Below, in pieces: positions 34,201 to 41,856 of a DNA stretch of 64,000 nt (the stretch's first letter is position 1; each line of letters begins with the position of its first letter). A program made the position numbers and the translations under genes. The DNA comes from Fidelibacterota bacterium (GTDB lineage Bacteria; Fidelibacterota; Marinisomatia; Marinisomatales; JABMOV01). Below the pieces are notes generated by a model. The model was given only the letters and a program-made list of their open reading frames with translations, did not search any database and had not been told where the DNA came from. The DNA lies in assembly GCA_046861395.1 (NCBI GenBank), contig JBHHUC010000001.1, positions 32,001 to 96,000 on the forward strand. Reading direction: 5' to 3'.

Positions 34201-34729
34201 GTACACCGTTGAATGGAGCCTGGACAACATCGGCGTATTCTACGACCTGGATACCACCGGCGTAGCCGCATTTGTTCTCAATGCCGACATGTATGACGAC
34301 ATTGAAACGTATGGCGTCACGGGATTGGATATCACCTGGACCGTGTGGGCCGGTGATGGAATTGATGATGTTGAAGCAACAAACGGACCACGGACCTTCT
34401 ACGTGGATGCCACTGCCCTGTTAGGCGTCGGCGATGAAGCGGCCATTCCAGAAAGCTTCGCGTTACATCAGAATTATCCCAATCCGTTTAACCCGATTAC
34501 TACGATTGAGTATGATGTTCCTGAAATCACAAGAGTTCAGATCGTCATCTATAACGTAATGGGACAACGTATTCGCACGTTGGTGAACAGCGAAATCCAG
34601 CCCGGCTATCATCGAGTTCTATGGAACGGAACCAATGATTTTGGTATGCCGGTTGCTTCAGGAATGTATTTCTATCAAATCAAAGCCGATAACTTCAATC
34701 AGGTTAAAAAGCTTATTTTGATGAAATAA
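28274..34729 (+). CDS. Giant multidomain secreted/surface protein with a T9SS type-A-like C-terminal sorting domain
   Basis: Signal peptide and basic N-region, three ~100-aa DSYGDG repeats, and a lamin-tail-like domain (LFFSEYVEGSGNNKALEVYN). These are followed by Ig-like, cleaved-adhesin-like (FFEDFD..GWTILDNNGD), carboxypeptidase-regulatory-like and FN3 modules. CTD is FALHQNYPNPFNP...GMYFY...KKLILMK. Confidence 0.85.
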   Translation: MRRTVMIVLSLAFLWSSFSLAADKSRDPKNKDQQGAHEGVVKGPDLSIPKDYKDNKGGIKSWSIEDYLIVTPKDKHNALLQRTNKKTRSYHPVSKIKPGPESLQKKDKRTAEISTWGIKEYIENTPESKNTAIINRQKSPSITRGEAPQYRDGVKSISDYSTDELLNITPSKTKREAITHAKTFVVGGSRSHNNTTISLTVDAWASEASWNLYDSTAGAYYYTANQTFASGYETQTVVLDLLPGTYSIDVWDSYGDGGVAGTVTDVNGAVLVSWLDSDYSSFGQFGFEVFPRMFDVNLSLTVDTWASEASWNLYDSTAGAYYYTANQTFTSGGETQNVTVSLAGGVYSVDVWDSYGDGGIAGTVTDANGNVLVTWLDGDYADFGQFGFSIGLFNTTIALTVDTWASEASWNLYDSTSGTYYYTTNQTFTTGGETQTIVFPLPAGHYSVDVWDSYGDGGIAGTVTDVNGNVLVTWLDGDYADFGQFGFEVLVPTNAPDLFFSEYVEGSGNNKALEVYNPTNDTLNLDNYLVYTNYNGNSWTGIYTFPAGFLLAPGDVFVAASADADPEILQAADSAYAYGDGAFITSFNGDDVRGLARIDGTDTTFIDLIGFYDINADTSEDPGSGWDVAGTANATSNHTLIRKQDVIWGNTNWTASAGTDSANSEWLVFPQDYSANLGGHPDDPCWGNEVNLTVTSVSWGSEINFYLTNDLGDTLISCFGCMSSYSTFTETFCLADGFYTFWGADDYGDSWGTGAGFVFTDADGNVLAAGDGPTSGDGTNWVSWTFGVGATPPAFAANMYFDMGGQAVGAGATTQSLYVTNPGGSDLTVSAVEVSGDPFSSTTTSFTVPGGATYPVDVSFDPATPDDFEGYMVFTSDAETSPDTVWLFGFGVDGVFFEDFDPPTGSYTDLPMEGWTILDNNGDADSIPQRYKTWYHDDYGLDGSGNMVAYMGYSNGYYADETLITPMISVSELSVVGFWMYNNYDRGYFLDVSYSTDGTTFNYLTSVPIHDFYEYVEVILPEVADQQIAFTFAPDSGGSYAYLNFDEVTVSAAPPVGTIMGTVTNPGGAPIEGVNVGTPFGVTVTDVAGDYTLNFQPVGLTELWFDLPGYHPAYFNVVVADSDTTVQDLIMVPDSATQSTMYYTGFETGEDTGQTFAWSGTHAFTVMDTFITGVDTILPSSGDYMLVFPDSGEAYDNNDYAYWLGNEFIDLTALMGGGFRFHYSAYISTESGWDYVYPVMALSDGNLYWMDEDGMSGDAGGWFDYEVDLSWAMAMGAEWAVPGFVFEADGSVIGGFGAAFDDVELLYDSFFLAPPMEVMAGSFGSDVPLSWNTPGPTGSVQYHLTQTDRSNFTLLSGDEDGTYARGKGPLPKEHLDVTYNYSNPNNVGRDLAGYKVYRKEWPVGEPVLLATVTENMYTDTDVIEGTYYNYAVSALYDEGESWPMPSNDVHVGAVTQLPAIGFSEDFEGLAGGIPADWQAFTTNPLGISWATGDSAAADTSGAFGYGTPAGGDSTDFAFVTDGRGGDFTFDTWLLSPFLDASDAYSALVSFSGYEQGWGNFPGNSTVAQLLVRSNMGPWFVVTDFSYDHYDGFVDYANDIQMVAAGQEYVQFAVFYHHEGGMNSGGGNGIAVDNLSVFNFAGPTNLVATPGTNVVDLEWLEPLRTLENLPETRELSAEKATLPSGTVSSSERETCFNHMSALAYFWSFTDSLSGPSSIFAFPEGPMELTAAQYGVYFPPDAPIVGSPVEMAVLVANADSTGATIDTIYSGIETLTAEAYANTYEVDLTGLVWESTGNNFIKVHFRPMTWADSIGGGGVNPAYTPAPLSDDGLSPSGLSGTDSAGVFYPSDYDFDLAICGTPTPPALSFNIYKDGMVVEEYFEDLFWSDFDVSPAIESCYYVAGVVPLFLASDAGDMIFVETERTNEVCATPINTPPTDFTLLAPVDGDTLFLTPDNIGMSTMFAWTPSLDPDGEEIWYTVEWSLDNIGVFYDLDTTGVAAFVLNADMYDDIETYGVTGLDITWTVWAGDGIDDVEATNGPRTFYVDATALLGVGDEAAIPESFALHQNYPNPFNPITTIEYDVPEITRVQIVIYNVMGQRIRTLVNSEIQPGYHRVLWNGTNDFGMPVASGMYFYQIKADNFNQVKKLILMK
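28853..29743 (+). repeat. Three tandem ~300-bp intragenic repeats
   Basis: CTTACAGTTGATRCTTGGGC recurs at 28868, 29171 and 29468. The protein unit is LTVDxWASEASWNLYDST...DVWDSYGDGG...FGQFGF. Confidence 0.92.
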
Positions 34730-34751
34730 ATCCCGACCTACATCAATACTG

Positions 34752-34782
34752 AAAACAGGGGTCTTCGGACCCCTGTTTTTTT
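34752..34782 (+). terminator. Rho-independent terminator
   Basis: AAAACAGGGGTC-TTCG-GACCCCTGTTTTTTT (cUUCGg loop plus U-tract). Confidence 0.9.
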
Positions 34783-34873
34783 AAAAATATCCTTGCACTG
34801 ATTTTGACAATAATCGTACAATAACCCGCTAAAAGAGCACCTAACATAACCTATAACACATGGCGGAGGAATC

Positions 34874-35269
34874 ATGCAAAAAGGTAGTGTAAATAAAGTT
34901 GTTTTGGTTGGTCACCTGGGTGGTGATCCGGAAAGCCGGTATACGGCAGCAGGAAACCCTGTGGTCACGTTCAATATGGCAACAAATGAATCGTGGAAAA
35001 CCAGTGACGGTAATTATGAAGACAACACCGAATGGCACCGCTGCGTTCTGTTTGGAAAAATGGCTGAAAACGCAACGGACCTATTGAAAAAAGGCCAATT
35101 GCTGTATCTTGAAGGAAAGTTACGGACACGGTCCTGGGAAGACAATAATGGTGTCAAGCGCTATACCACAGAAATTGTGGGCGAAAGGTACACCCTGTTA
35201 GGGCGCCGTCCGGATGCTGTTGCTGCGAATGAAAACGCTGCTACAGAGGAAGATGACTTACCCTTCTAG
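34874..35269 (+). CDS. ssb: Single-stranded DNA-binding protein
   Basis: SVNKVVLVGHLGGDPE, TEWHR, EGKLRTRSW and acidic tail EEDDLPF. Confidence 0.97.
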   Translation: MQKGSVNKVVLVGHLGGDPESRYTAAGNPVVTFNMATNESWKTSDGNYEDNTEWHRCVLFGKMAENATDLLKKGQLLYLEGKLRTRSWEDNNGVKRYTTEIVGERYTLLGRRPDAVAANENAATEEDDLPF

Positions 35270-35289
35270 TCAAAAAGAACCCATCGCTG

Positions 35290-35315
35290 AAAAGGGCCGT
35301 TTTGGCCCTTTTTTT
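35290..35315 (+). terminator. Rho-independent terminator after ssb
   Basis: AAAAGGGCC-GTTTT-GGCCCTTTTTTT. Confidence 0.8.
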
Positions 35316-35347
35316 ATGGGTAAATTCTTTTCGGCAAGACATGAACG

Positions 35348-36028
35348 ATGGCTAAAACACGAATCGAATCACTTCGCCCCCGCGCCAAACCCCTTCGTTA
35401 TTTCCTAGGGTATTTCGCCCTTTTTCTTGGTGCCTGTCTGGCTCATATCCGCGTTTATGGACGCCACAACCTCCCGGATAAGGGCCCTTTTATCATTGCC
35501 ATTAACCATTTCAGTCGACTTGATCCGGCCTTTATTATTTATGCTATTCGTCGTCCGGTTGCCTTCTTAATGGCCAGCGATCAGGCGGTAGAGTGGTTTT
35601 TATGGTGGGCGCCATGGTTGTATGGTTATATCCCCACCAATCGCACCCGTCTGGCACCGTCGACGATAAAAACCGCCCTGAAAGTGTTAACACAGGGTGA
35701 TATTCTGGGAATATTTCCCGAAGGAACATCAACCGCCGACGAAATCCGTCCTGCCAAAAGCGGAGCCGTTTATCTTTCGGCTATCACGGGAGCCAAAATT
35801 GTACCCGTCAGCATCCTCGGCCTATCCGTAGCCTGGGAGAATTGGTTCAGAGGCGTGCGTCCCACCGTAACGATCAGGATTGGAAAACCTTTCGGACCGG
35901 TATCTTTACCGGAAAACAGGAAAGAAAAAATAAAAGCCCTGGCCGACATCGGCGACGAACTTATGTCACGCATTGCTACTCTGCTTCCGAAAAAACACAG
36001 GGGTTATTTGCGCAATAAGTCGCTATAG
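35348..36028 (+). CDS. 1-acyl-sn-glycerol-3-phosphate acyltransferase (PlsC family)
   Basis: NHFSRLD (HX4D motif) and IFPEGT. Confidence 0.88.
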   Translation: MAKTRIESLRPRAKPLRYFLGYFALFLGACLAHIRVYGRHNLPDKGPFIIAINHFSRLDPAFIIYAIRRPVAFLMASDQAVEWFLWWAPWLYGYIPTNRTRLAPSTIKTALKVLTQGDILGIFPEGTSTADEIRPAKSGAVYLSAITGAKIVPVSILGLSVAWENWFRGVRPTVTIRIGKPFGPVSLPENRKEKIKALADIGDELMSRIATLLPKKHRGYLRNKSL

Positions 36029-36946
36029 CACGGTATCTGGAGTAAGCGTTTCTTCCTGTTTTGACATAATGTAATAGAGGCCCGCCAGAATGAGAACACC
36101 CCCGGCAACCAATCGCGGAGACGGTCTTTCAAGAAAGAATATCCACGCCCAAACTGAAGCCATGATCGGTTCCCCCAGCGGAACGGAAGCCACCACAGTC
36201 GGCGACAGCCATTTAATGGCATAATAAAAGGACGTATGTCCGATAACCGTAGGTACCAGCCCCAGTAGGAATAGCCAAAAATAAGCCTCCAGGGAGAAAG
36301 AGAACACAGGCCGCCTAAGAGCGAATGTCAATAACAGCAAAAAGACAGCCGCTACGGCGTAAATGGTCCGGGAGAAGGTCAGGGCACCCTCCACACGCCG
36401 GATCTTTTCCGAAACCATCAGGACAAGAGCCATGCATAATGAAGCGGCGACCCCGAGACTGTTACCCAAAAGGAATTGTGAAAAACCGGCGATTGCGGAA
36501 AACTGCACCAATAGAGCACCCATTAAGGCCAAAAATACGCCACCCAAAACAGACCTATTCCAGGGTCGGCGTAGAATAATATATTCAAAAATAACTGTAA
36601 AAACAGGAGACATGGTGGATAATAATGTGGCAGCAGCTACAGTCGTGAATTTTAGGGCACCGAAATAACAGGCGAAATGGACACCTAGAGCAATACCGGC
36701 CAGGAGTACATATTTACGTGACTCGGGAGAAAGAGACGCCTGCCGTTTTAGGCCATGAAAACCCCAAAGAATTACTGCAGCAAAAACCATTCGCCATAAA
36801 CCGATGGAAACGGCCGGAACAGCAGGTATAAAACGTGCAAATACAGCAGCAGTACTGACCGAAAACAGGGCAAGGATGAGCAATATGCGGGGATGTCTCA
36901 TGGAAAAATTTACCAAGCGGTTTTCGGTATCCGAACCATTATTCAC
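36023..36946 (-). CDS. DMT/EamA family transporter
   Basis: About 10 hydrophobic segments in two repeats; LGLVPTVIGH and LGEPIMA. Confidence 0.88.
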   Translation of the reverse strand: MNNGSDTENRLVNFSMRHPRILLILALFSVSTAAVFARFIPAVPAVSIGLWRMVFAAVILWGFHGLKRQASLSPESRKYVLLAGIALGVHFACYFGALKFTTVAAATLLSTMSPVFTVIFEYIILRRPWNRSVLGGVFLALMGALLVQFSAIAGFSQFLLGNSLGVAASLCMALVLMVSEKIRRVEGALTFSRTIYAVAAVFLLLLTFALRRPVFSFSLEAYFWLFLLGLVPTVIGHTSFYYAIKWLSPTVVASVPLGEPIMASVWAWIFFLERPSPRLVAGGVLILAGLYYIMSKQEETLTPDTVL

Positions 36947-36976
36947 TTATATTTGCCCCCTTAATTCGTGATCGCT

Positions 36977-37771
36977 ATGAAACAATTAACTCTAGCCATA
37001 CTCCTCTTTCTGGCAACAAACCTGCCAGGACAGACCGACTCCCTCCTGTTGGCCCTGGAAAATGAGCTGGGCAGCAAGGTCCCCGAGTCTTTCCTGGACC
37101 GGGTACTGAATGATGCCCGCTTAACGACCCATGAAAAAATTGTCCAGCGGTTTGCCAAGCCCTACGAAAACCTTCCTCCCGAAAAATATAAAGCACTGCT
37201 GGTAACGGAAAAACGGATTGACGGCGGTGTCCGGTTTCACAATGAACGACGAACACTGGTCCATGAAATCTCCCGCCGATACGGCGTCGATGAATACATT
37301 TTGCTGGCCATCATTGGCATTGAAAGCAATTACGGCAATCACCATGAAGAATTCGCCGTGGTAAATGCATTGTTTACCCAGGCCACCAAGATGCCGAAAC
37401 GAAGGAAATGGGCCACCGGTCAACTGGCCACGTTTCTGGAATATTGCTATGAAGATTCGATCGATCCCTTTTTGATTAAGGGTTCCTATGCCGGAGCCTT
37501 TGGTTATGGACAATTCATCCCCACCAGCTATATTGCCTATGCCGTGGATGCCGACAGCAATGGCGTCCGGGACCCGCATGCCTGGGATGACGCCCTGGGC
37601 AGCATCGCGAATTATTTAATCAAAAACGGCTATGATTCAACCTCAAAATCGTTCCGGGAAAATACCAGAAACTGGAAAGCTGTGTTTGCCTACAATCATT
37701 CCAAAAATTATGTCAACGCCGTCATGGAATTACGGCAGGAAATCAAAGCGGGTGTCGAGAATGAAAATTAA
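36977..37771 (+). CDS. Lytic murein transglycosylase B family protein
   Basis: AIIGIESNYG, GSYAGAFGYGQFIPTSY, AVDADSNG, SIANYL and YNHSKNYV; signal peptide present. Confidence 0.9.
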   Translation: MKQLTLAILLFLATNLPGQTDSLLLALENELGSKVPESFLDRVLNDARLTTHEKIVQRFAKPYENLPPEKYKALLVTEKRIDGGVRFHNERRTLVHEISRRYGVDEYILLAIIGIESNYGNHHEEFAVVNALFTQATKMPKRRKWATGQLATFLEYCYEDSIDPFLIKGSYAGAFGYGQFIPTSYIAYAVDADSNGVRDPHAWDDALGSIANYLIKNGYDSTSKSFRENTRNWKAVFAYNHSKNYVNAVMELRQEIKAGVENEN

Positions 37772-37782
37772 AAGGTCATCTC

Positions 37783-37831
37783 TTTTCCCAATAAAAAAGC
37801 CCTCACATCGAGGGCTTTTTTATTGGGAAAA
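37783..37831. terminator. Bidirectional terminator between convergent genes
   Basis: Perfect 22-bp stem TTTTCCCAATAAAAAAGCCCTC-ACATC-GAGGGCTTTTTTATTGGGAAAA. Confidence 0.88.
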
Positions 37832-37837
37832 TCTGGT

Positions 37838-39625
37838 TTATAGCTGGACCTTGAGTTCCAGTGTTTCTTCTCCGCGTAGCACCGTTACGGTGACTTCCTG
37901 TCCGACTTTTAATTCACCGAGACGATACATATAATCATAAATATCCTTGATTTCACCACCATCAATGGCAATAATAATATCGCCCTTTTTCAACCCCGCC
38001 TTGGCAGCCGGACCCTCTTTTTTGGTACCGTCAATTTCCATTCCATCGGCCGAACTGCCGTAGGAAGGAATTATTCCAAACGTCACCTTGAAACTCCGGC
38101 GACCAGTTTGTTCCTCTTTCGAACCCGCTTCGGTAAAGACGGGTTTTTCTTCCTGTTGGTTAAGGTATAGAGCTATATCATAAATGAAATTCAGAATATT
38201 CACTTCTCCATCCGCATTGATTTTTGGCCAATCGTCGGTAGGTTTGTGATAATCTTCATGAGTCCCGGTGAAGAAGAACATGACCGGCACGTCTTCGAGA
38301 TAAAAACTGGCATGGTCACTGGGGCCAAAGCCCTCCTTGCTCATATTCAGAGTCAAGCCGTGAGTCCGGTTAAATTCATTCAGCAATGTTTCGAAATCGG
38401 GCGAAGTACCCACGCCGCCCACAACAACCTTTTCATCATATCGGCCGATCATATCCATGTTGATCATGACGGACACTTTTTCCAGATCAATTAATGGATT
38501 CCTGGTGAAATACTTGGAACCCAGCAGCCCTTCTTCTTCTCCGTTATAACACATGAGCAGGACACTGCGTCGAAGGGCGGAACGATTGGCGCTGAGCCGT
38601 TCTCCTATTTCAATGACACCGGCTACACCGGAAGCGTTATCGTCGGCGCCATTGTGAACGGCTACCGTATCAGGCACGAGCGATCCGGATCCAGGACCGC
38701 CATAACCCAAATGATCAAAATGAGCCCCAAAAATAATGTATTCATCTTTTAACACCGGATCATTCCCAGGAATAAATCCGATAACATTCGGAACAGGCAC
38801 CTCGGTACGTTTTAATTCTATGACAGCCGAGGCGGCGGTTTCCAATGCCAGACTATTGGCCTTTTCCGTTGTATCAATTCTGGTTTGCAACGCTTTCAGA
38901 GTTGATCCGGTTTCCGCTAAAAGCAAATCGGCCACCGTGCGTTTGACTTGCAGGGCCAGGATGCCGCTGTCGGAAAAGCGATGATTAACCTGCAGTGATT
39001 TTAGTTCTTCCGGTTCAAACTGATCTTGATAAGCGGACACGAACAGAACGCCGGCCGCACCATGATCCCGGGCCACCATGATTTTCTTGCGCAGGGGAGC
39101 ATAATTGGCGTATTCGGAATGTGATTCTTCCGCCTTGGGGTCACCGCGGAGAATCAACGCCCATTTGCCGTCAACATCTACGCCCTCGTAATCATTCCAG
39201 ACAAGGCTGTCTTCCTTAATATCAAAGCCGTAACCCACAAAGACAACAGGTGCTGTTAATTCTCCGTTGGCGGAAAATGCCAGGGGAATATAATCCGTTT
39301 CTGGCTCAAGATTCTTATTTCCCACGGCGAATGAATTGGATGGCGCCAGAGAAATATCCTTCAGAAAATCAAAGGATTGAAAATAGCCATGGTCGCCCCC
39401 GGGTTCTATTCCGGCGGCCTTGAACTGTGACGCAATATAGTCGATGGCGGATTGTGAACCGTCGGTTCCGGGAAATCGCCCCTCAAGCTCATCATCGGCC
39501 AGAAATTTAATATGTCCCAGTACTTCATCTGCCGTTACCGTTTCGCTTACGCCTGTGCGATGCTCTCTTAGCGGCGGATGAGTACAGGCGGCCAGTATGG
39601 CCAGGATAATTAGAAAATGTTTCAT
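37838..39625 (-). CDS. M28 aminopeptidase lipoprotein with PA and PDZ domains
   Basis: LAAC lipobox, GAHFDHLG, NGADDNASG, GEEEGLLGS, SDHASF, HEDYHKP and a C-terminal PDZ (GPAAKAGLKKGDII). Confidence 0.9.
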   Translation of the reverse strand: MKHFLIILAILAACTHPPLREHRTGVSETVTADEVLGHIKFLADDELEGRFPGTDGSQSAIDYIASQFKAAGIEPGGDHGYFQSFDFLKDISLAPSNSFAVGNKNLEPETDYIPLAFSANGELTAPVVFVGYGFDIKEDSLVWNDYEGVDVDGKWALILRGDPKAEESHSEYANYAPLRKKIMVARDHGAAGVLFVSAYQDQFEPEELKSLQVNHRFSDSGILALQVKRTVADLLLAETGSTLKALQTRIDTTEKANSLALETAASAVIELKRTEVPVPNVIGFIPGNDPVLKDEYIIFGAHFDHLGYGGPGSGSLVPDTVAVHNGADDNASGVAGVIEIGERLSANRSALRRSVLLMCYNGEEEGLLGSKYFTRNPLIDLEKVSVMINMDMIGRYDEKVVVGGVGTSPDFETLLNEFNRTHGLTLNMSKEGFGPSDHASFYLEDVPVMFFFTGTHEDYHKPTDDWPKINADGEVNILNFIYDIALYLNQQEEKPVFTEAGSKEEQTGRRSFKVTFGIIPSYGSSADGMEIDGTKKEGPAAKAGLKKGDIIIAIDGGEIKDIYDYMYRLGELKVGQEVTVTVLRGEETLELKVQL

Positions 39626-39669
39626 TTTTTCCTCAAGTTAAGCCAAAAATATACGAAAGCAAAATGCCC

Positions 39670-40209
39670 TTATTTTGATTTTATATATGTTCCGATTAAT
39701 TCTGTATTATCAATAATATGACCATCCATGGCCTGCATTAGTTGCGCCTTAGTGGGCCGATTGAGGTCCGGAAGAACAATATCAAGGGCATAAAGTTTAT
39801 GAAAATAGCGGTGGGTTCCGATCGGGGGACAGGGACCACCATAGCCGGTTCGTCCCCAGTCATTCAAGCCCTCCAGTGTTCCTTCAGGAAGGGCGCTTGA
39901 CGTCACCTGTTTCGGTAAGCCGGTAGACGCTGGCGGCAGGTTATACAACACCCAATGCACCCAGGTCATTTTCGGCGCCTGCGGATCAGGCGCGTCGGGA
40001 TCGTCAACGATTAACACCAGACTCCTGGCCGCCGTCGGGATTCCTTTCCATTCCAGGGCCGGTGAAATATCCTCACCCTGGCAGGTGTATTTAATCGGTA
40101 TGGATCCCTGATGATGAAAGGCCGGTGATAATAATTGCATAGACACCTCCTCCTTTTGGGCGATTAAAAATGACACCAGTACGAAAAAGGCAGATAACGC
40201 TCGCATCAT
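39670..40209 (-). CDS. YbhB/YbcL family (PEBP / Raf kinase inhibitor-like) protein
   Basis: YTCQGEDISP, DDPDAP, WVHWVLYN and YGGPCPPIGTHRYF. Start at 40209 or 40140; the ORF-track extension to 40431 overlaps the next gene. Confidence 0.9.
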   Translation of the reverse strand: MMRALSAFFVLVSFLIAQKEEVSMQLLSPAFHHQGSIPIKYTCQGEDISPALEWKGIPTAARSLVLIVDDPDAPDPQAPKMTWVHWVLYNLPPASTGLPKQVTSSALPEGTLEGLNDWGRTGYGGPCPPIGTHRYFHKLYALDIVLPDLNRPTKAQLMQAMDGHIIDNTELIGTYIKSK

Positions 40210-40226
40210 GATATTCCTTTCCAGGC

Positions 40227-40892
40227 CTAAAGACCAAAACAATTTCCCTCGCGATAAAATAAGCTTACCCGTCCAGCCTCGAATCCGTTGGGCTGCAAAC
40301 CCTCCAGAGACAGGTGTTTGAAGCCCTGATTCACCACCCAGTCTATGCCTGATTTGTATTCGCTCCGCTGTGCATCGTCCAAAAGCAAGATGCCGCGTTT
40401 GGAGAGCTTTGTAATGCTCTGTTTCAAGCAATTCACCCGATCGCGACCATCGATAATAATAACATCAAACAGTTGTTTATCAACAAGGATAGAGCGACAA
40501 TAGTCGCCGTTACTATCTTCAGGACAATAGCGAACTATGGCGTTGGCGGGAAGTTCCGGTTGCAACTTTTCAATCCAAGCCTTATCTCCTTCCACGGAAA
40601 TAACGGATCCGACCCGCCCGGCAAAAAACAACGTGGAATAGCCACTGCCGTATTCGAACAGGGCAAGATCGTTGGTCAGGTGTTGTCGCAGCAAATCAAT
40701 GGCGGGATAGTTCATCCAGGGCAAAGGTTCACCGTTTTGATCGCAGGGGCGATTCTGACGAAGACTTTCCAGCCAGCCGGTGGTATGTAAGTATGAGAAG
40801 GGAAAGCTAATAAAGTGACGTATCACAGATTGGGCGATGTAAAACCTGGTCAGGTGTTGTCGCGCGAATTGAATGAATTTCTGTTTCAGCAC
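40227..40892 (-). CDS. Class I SAM-dependent methyltransferase
   Basis: PLPWMNY, FEYGSGYST, FDVIIIDGRDR and LLDDAQR. Confidence 0.75.
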   Translation of the reverse strand: MLKQKFIQFARQHLTRFYIAQSVIRHFISFPFSYLHTTGWLESLRQNRPCDQNGEPLPWMNYPAIDLLRQHLTNDLALFEYGSGYSTLFFAGRVGSVISVEGDKAWIEKLQPELPANAIVRYCPEDSNGDYCRSILVDKQLFDVIIIDGRDRVNCLKQSITKLSKRGILLLDDAQRSEYKSGIDWVVNQGFKHLSLEGLQPNGFEAGRVSLFYREGNCFGL

Positions 40893-40990
40893 AGGAAGAA
40901 ATTAAGGTGAACACGACAAAAAGGTAACACTACGATTCCGCTGCAAGATTCATTGATTCCGTTTCGGTCAACCGGCTAATTTTAACAATA

Positions 40991-41356
40991 ATGAACCAGG
41001 AAAAGATAACCATGATCATTTATCACAACCCTCGCTGCCGTAAAAGCCGGGAAACATTGGCCCGGTTGCAAGCGGCCGGTGTTGAACCGAAAATTGTTAA
41101 ATATCTTGAAACACCACCAACCGAGAACGGTTTACGGGATTTGGCCCAAAAGCTGAATCTTCGTCCAAAAGATTTTATCCGGCGGGGTGAGGCCGACTAT
41201 AAAACGCTGAACCTGAAGGAAAAACTGGATGACGACGATGCCCTGTTTCACGCCATGGCCACCCACCCGAAACTCATTGAGCGCCCCATTGTTGTAAAAG
41301 GCAACCGGGCGATTCTGGGTCGTCCTCCGGAAAAAGTGGATACGCTGCTGCCATAA
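40991..41356 (+). CDS. arsC: ArsC/Spx-family arsenate reductase (glutaredoxin type)
   Basis: IYHNPRCRKSR, YLETPP, HPKLIERPIV and GRPPE. Confidence 0.85.
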   Translation: MNQEKITMIIYHNPRCRKSRETLARLQAAGVEPKIVKYLETPPTENGLRDLAQKLNLRPKDFIRRGEADYKTLNLKEKLDDDDALFHAMATHPKLIERPIVVKGNRAILGRPPEKVDTLLP

Positions 41357-41856
41357 TGTCCGAAAAACCAATATCCATTTTTATCACTGGCGGGACCTTT
41401 GATAAAGAATACGATGAAATTCACGGCACTCTGTATTTTACAAAGACGCACATGTCGGAAATTCTGGCTTTGGGACGAAGCCGGGTTAATGTTGAAATAA
41501 CGAAACTCATGCTGATTGACAGTCTGGACATGACCCCGGCCAACCGTAATCTCATCCTGGAGCGGTGTCAGCAAACCACCGGCGATAGAATCGTGATTAC
41601 CCACGGTACCGATACCATGGTTGAAACCGCCCGGGTCATTGCCGCCGCCGATCTTCCCAAAACGATTATTCTGACGGGAGCGATGATTCCCTATAAATTC
41701 GGTAGCTCCGACGGACTGTTCAACCTGGGAAGTGCCCTGGCATTTGCCCAGTGCTTACCCTCCGGTGTTTACATTGCCATGAATGGACGATATTTTGACT
41801 GGGATAAGGTGCGTAAAAACCGGGAAACGGGTATTTTCGAGGAGATACAGAACTAA
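41356..41856 (+). CDS. Short-chain (single-domain) L-asparaginase
   Basis: TGGTFDK, DSLDM, ITHGTDTM and LTGAMIP; 166 aa. Confidence 0.85.
   Translation: MSEKPISIFITGGTFDKEYDEIHGTLYFTKTHMSEILALGRSRVNVEITKLMLIDSLDMTPANRNLILERCQQTTGDRIVITHGTDTMVETARVIAAADLPKTIILTGAMIPYKFGSSDGLFNLGSALAFAQCLPSGVYIAMNGRYFDWDKVRKNRETGIFEEIQN

Noticed and set aside
30191..34271. Long antisense ORFs (up to 251 aa) within the giant surface-protein gene
   Set aside because: They are expected shadows of a codon-biased gene and show no recognisable protein motifs.
37783..37831. 22-bp perfect inverted repeat considered as a MITE or IS end
   Set aside because: It lies between convergent genes with A/U tracts on both sides, fully explained as a bidirectional terminator, and no second copy was seen.
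40210..40431. Long N-terminal ORF-track extensions (also 6850-6912, 44091-44138 and 51464-51691)
   Set aside because: They overlap neighbouring real genes, and downstream ATGs with signal peptides or SD sequences fit better.
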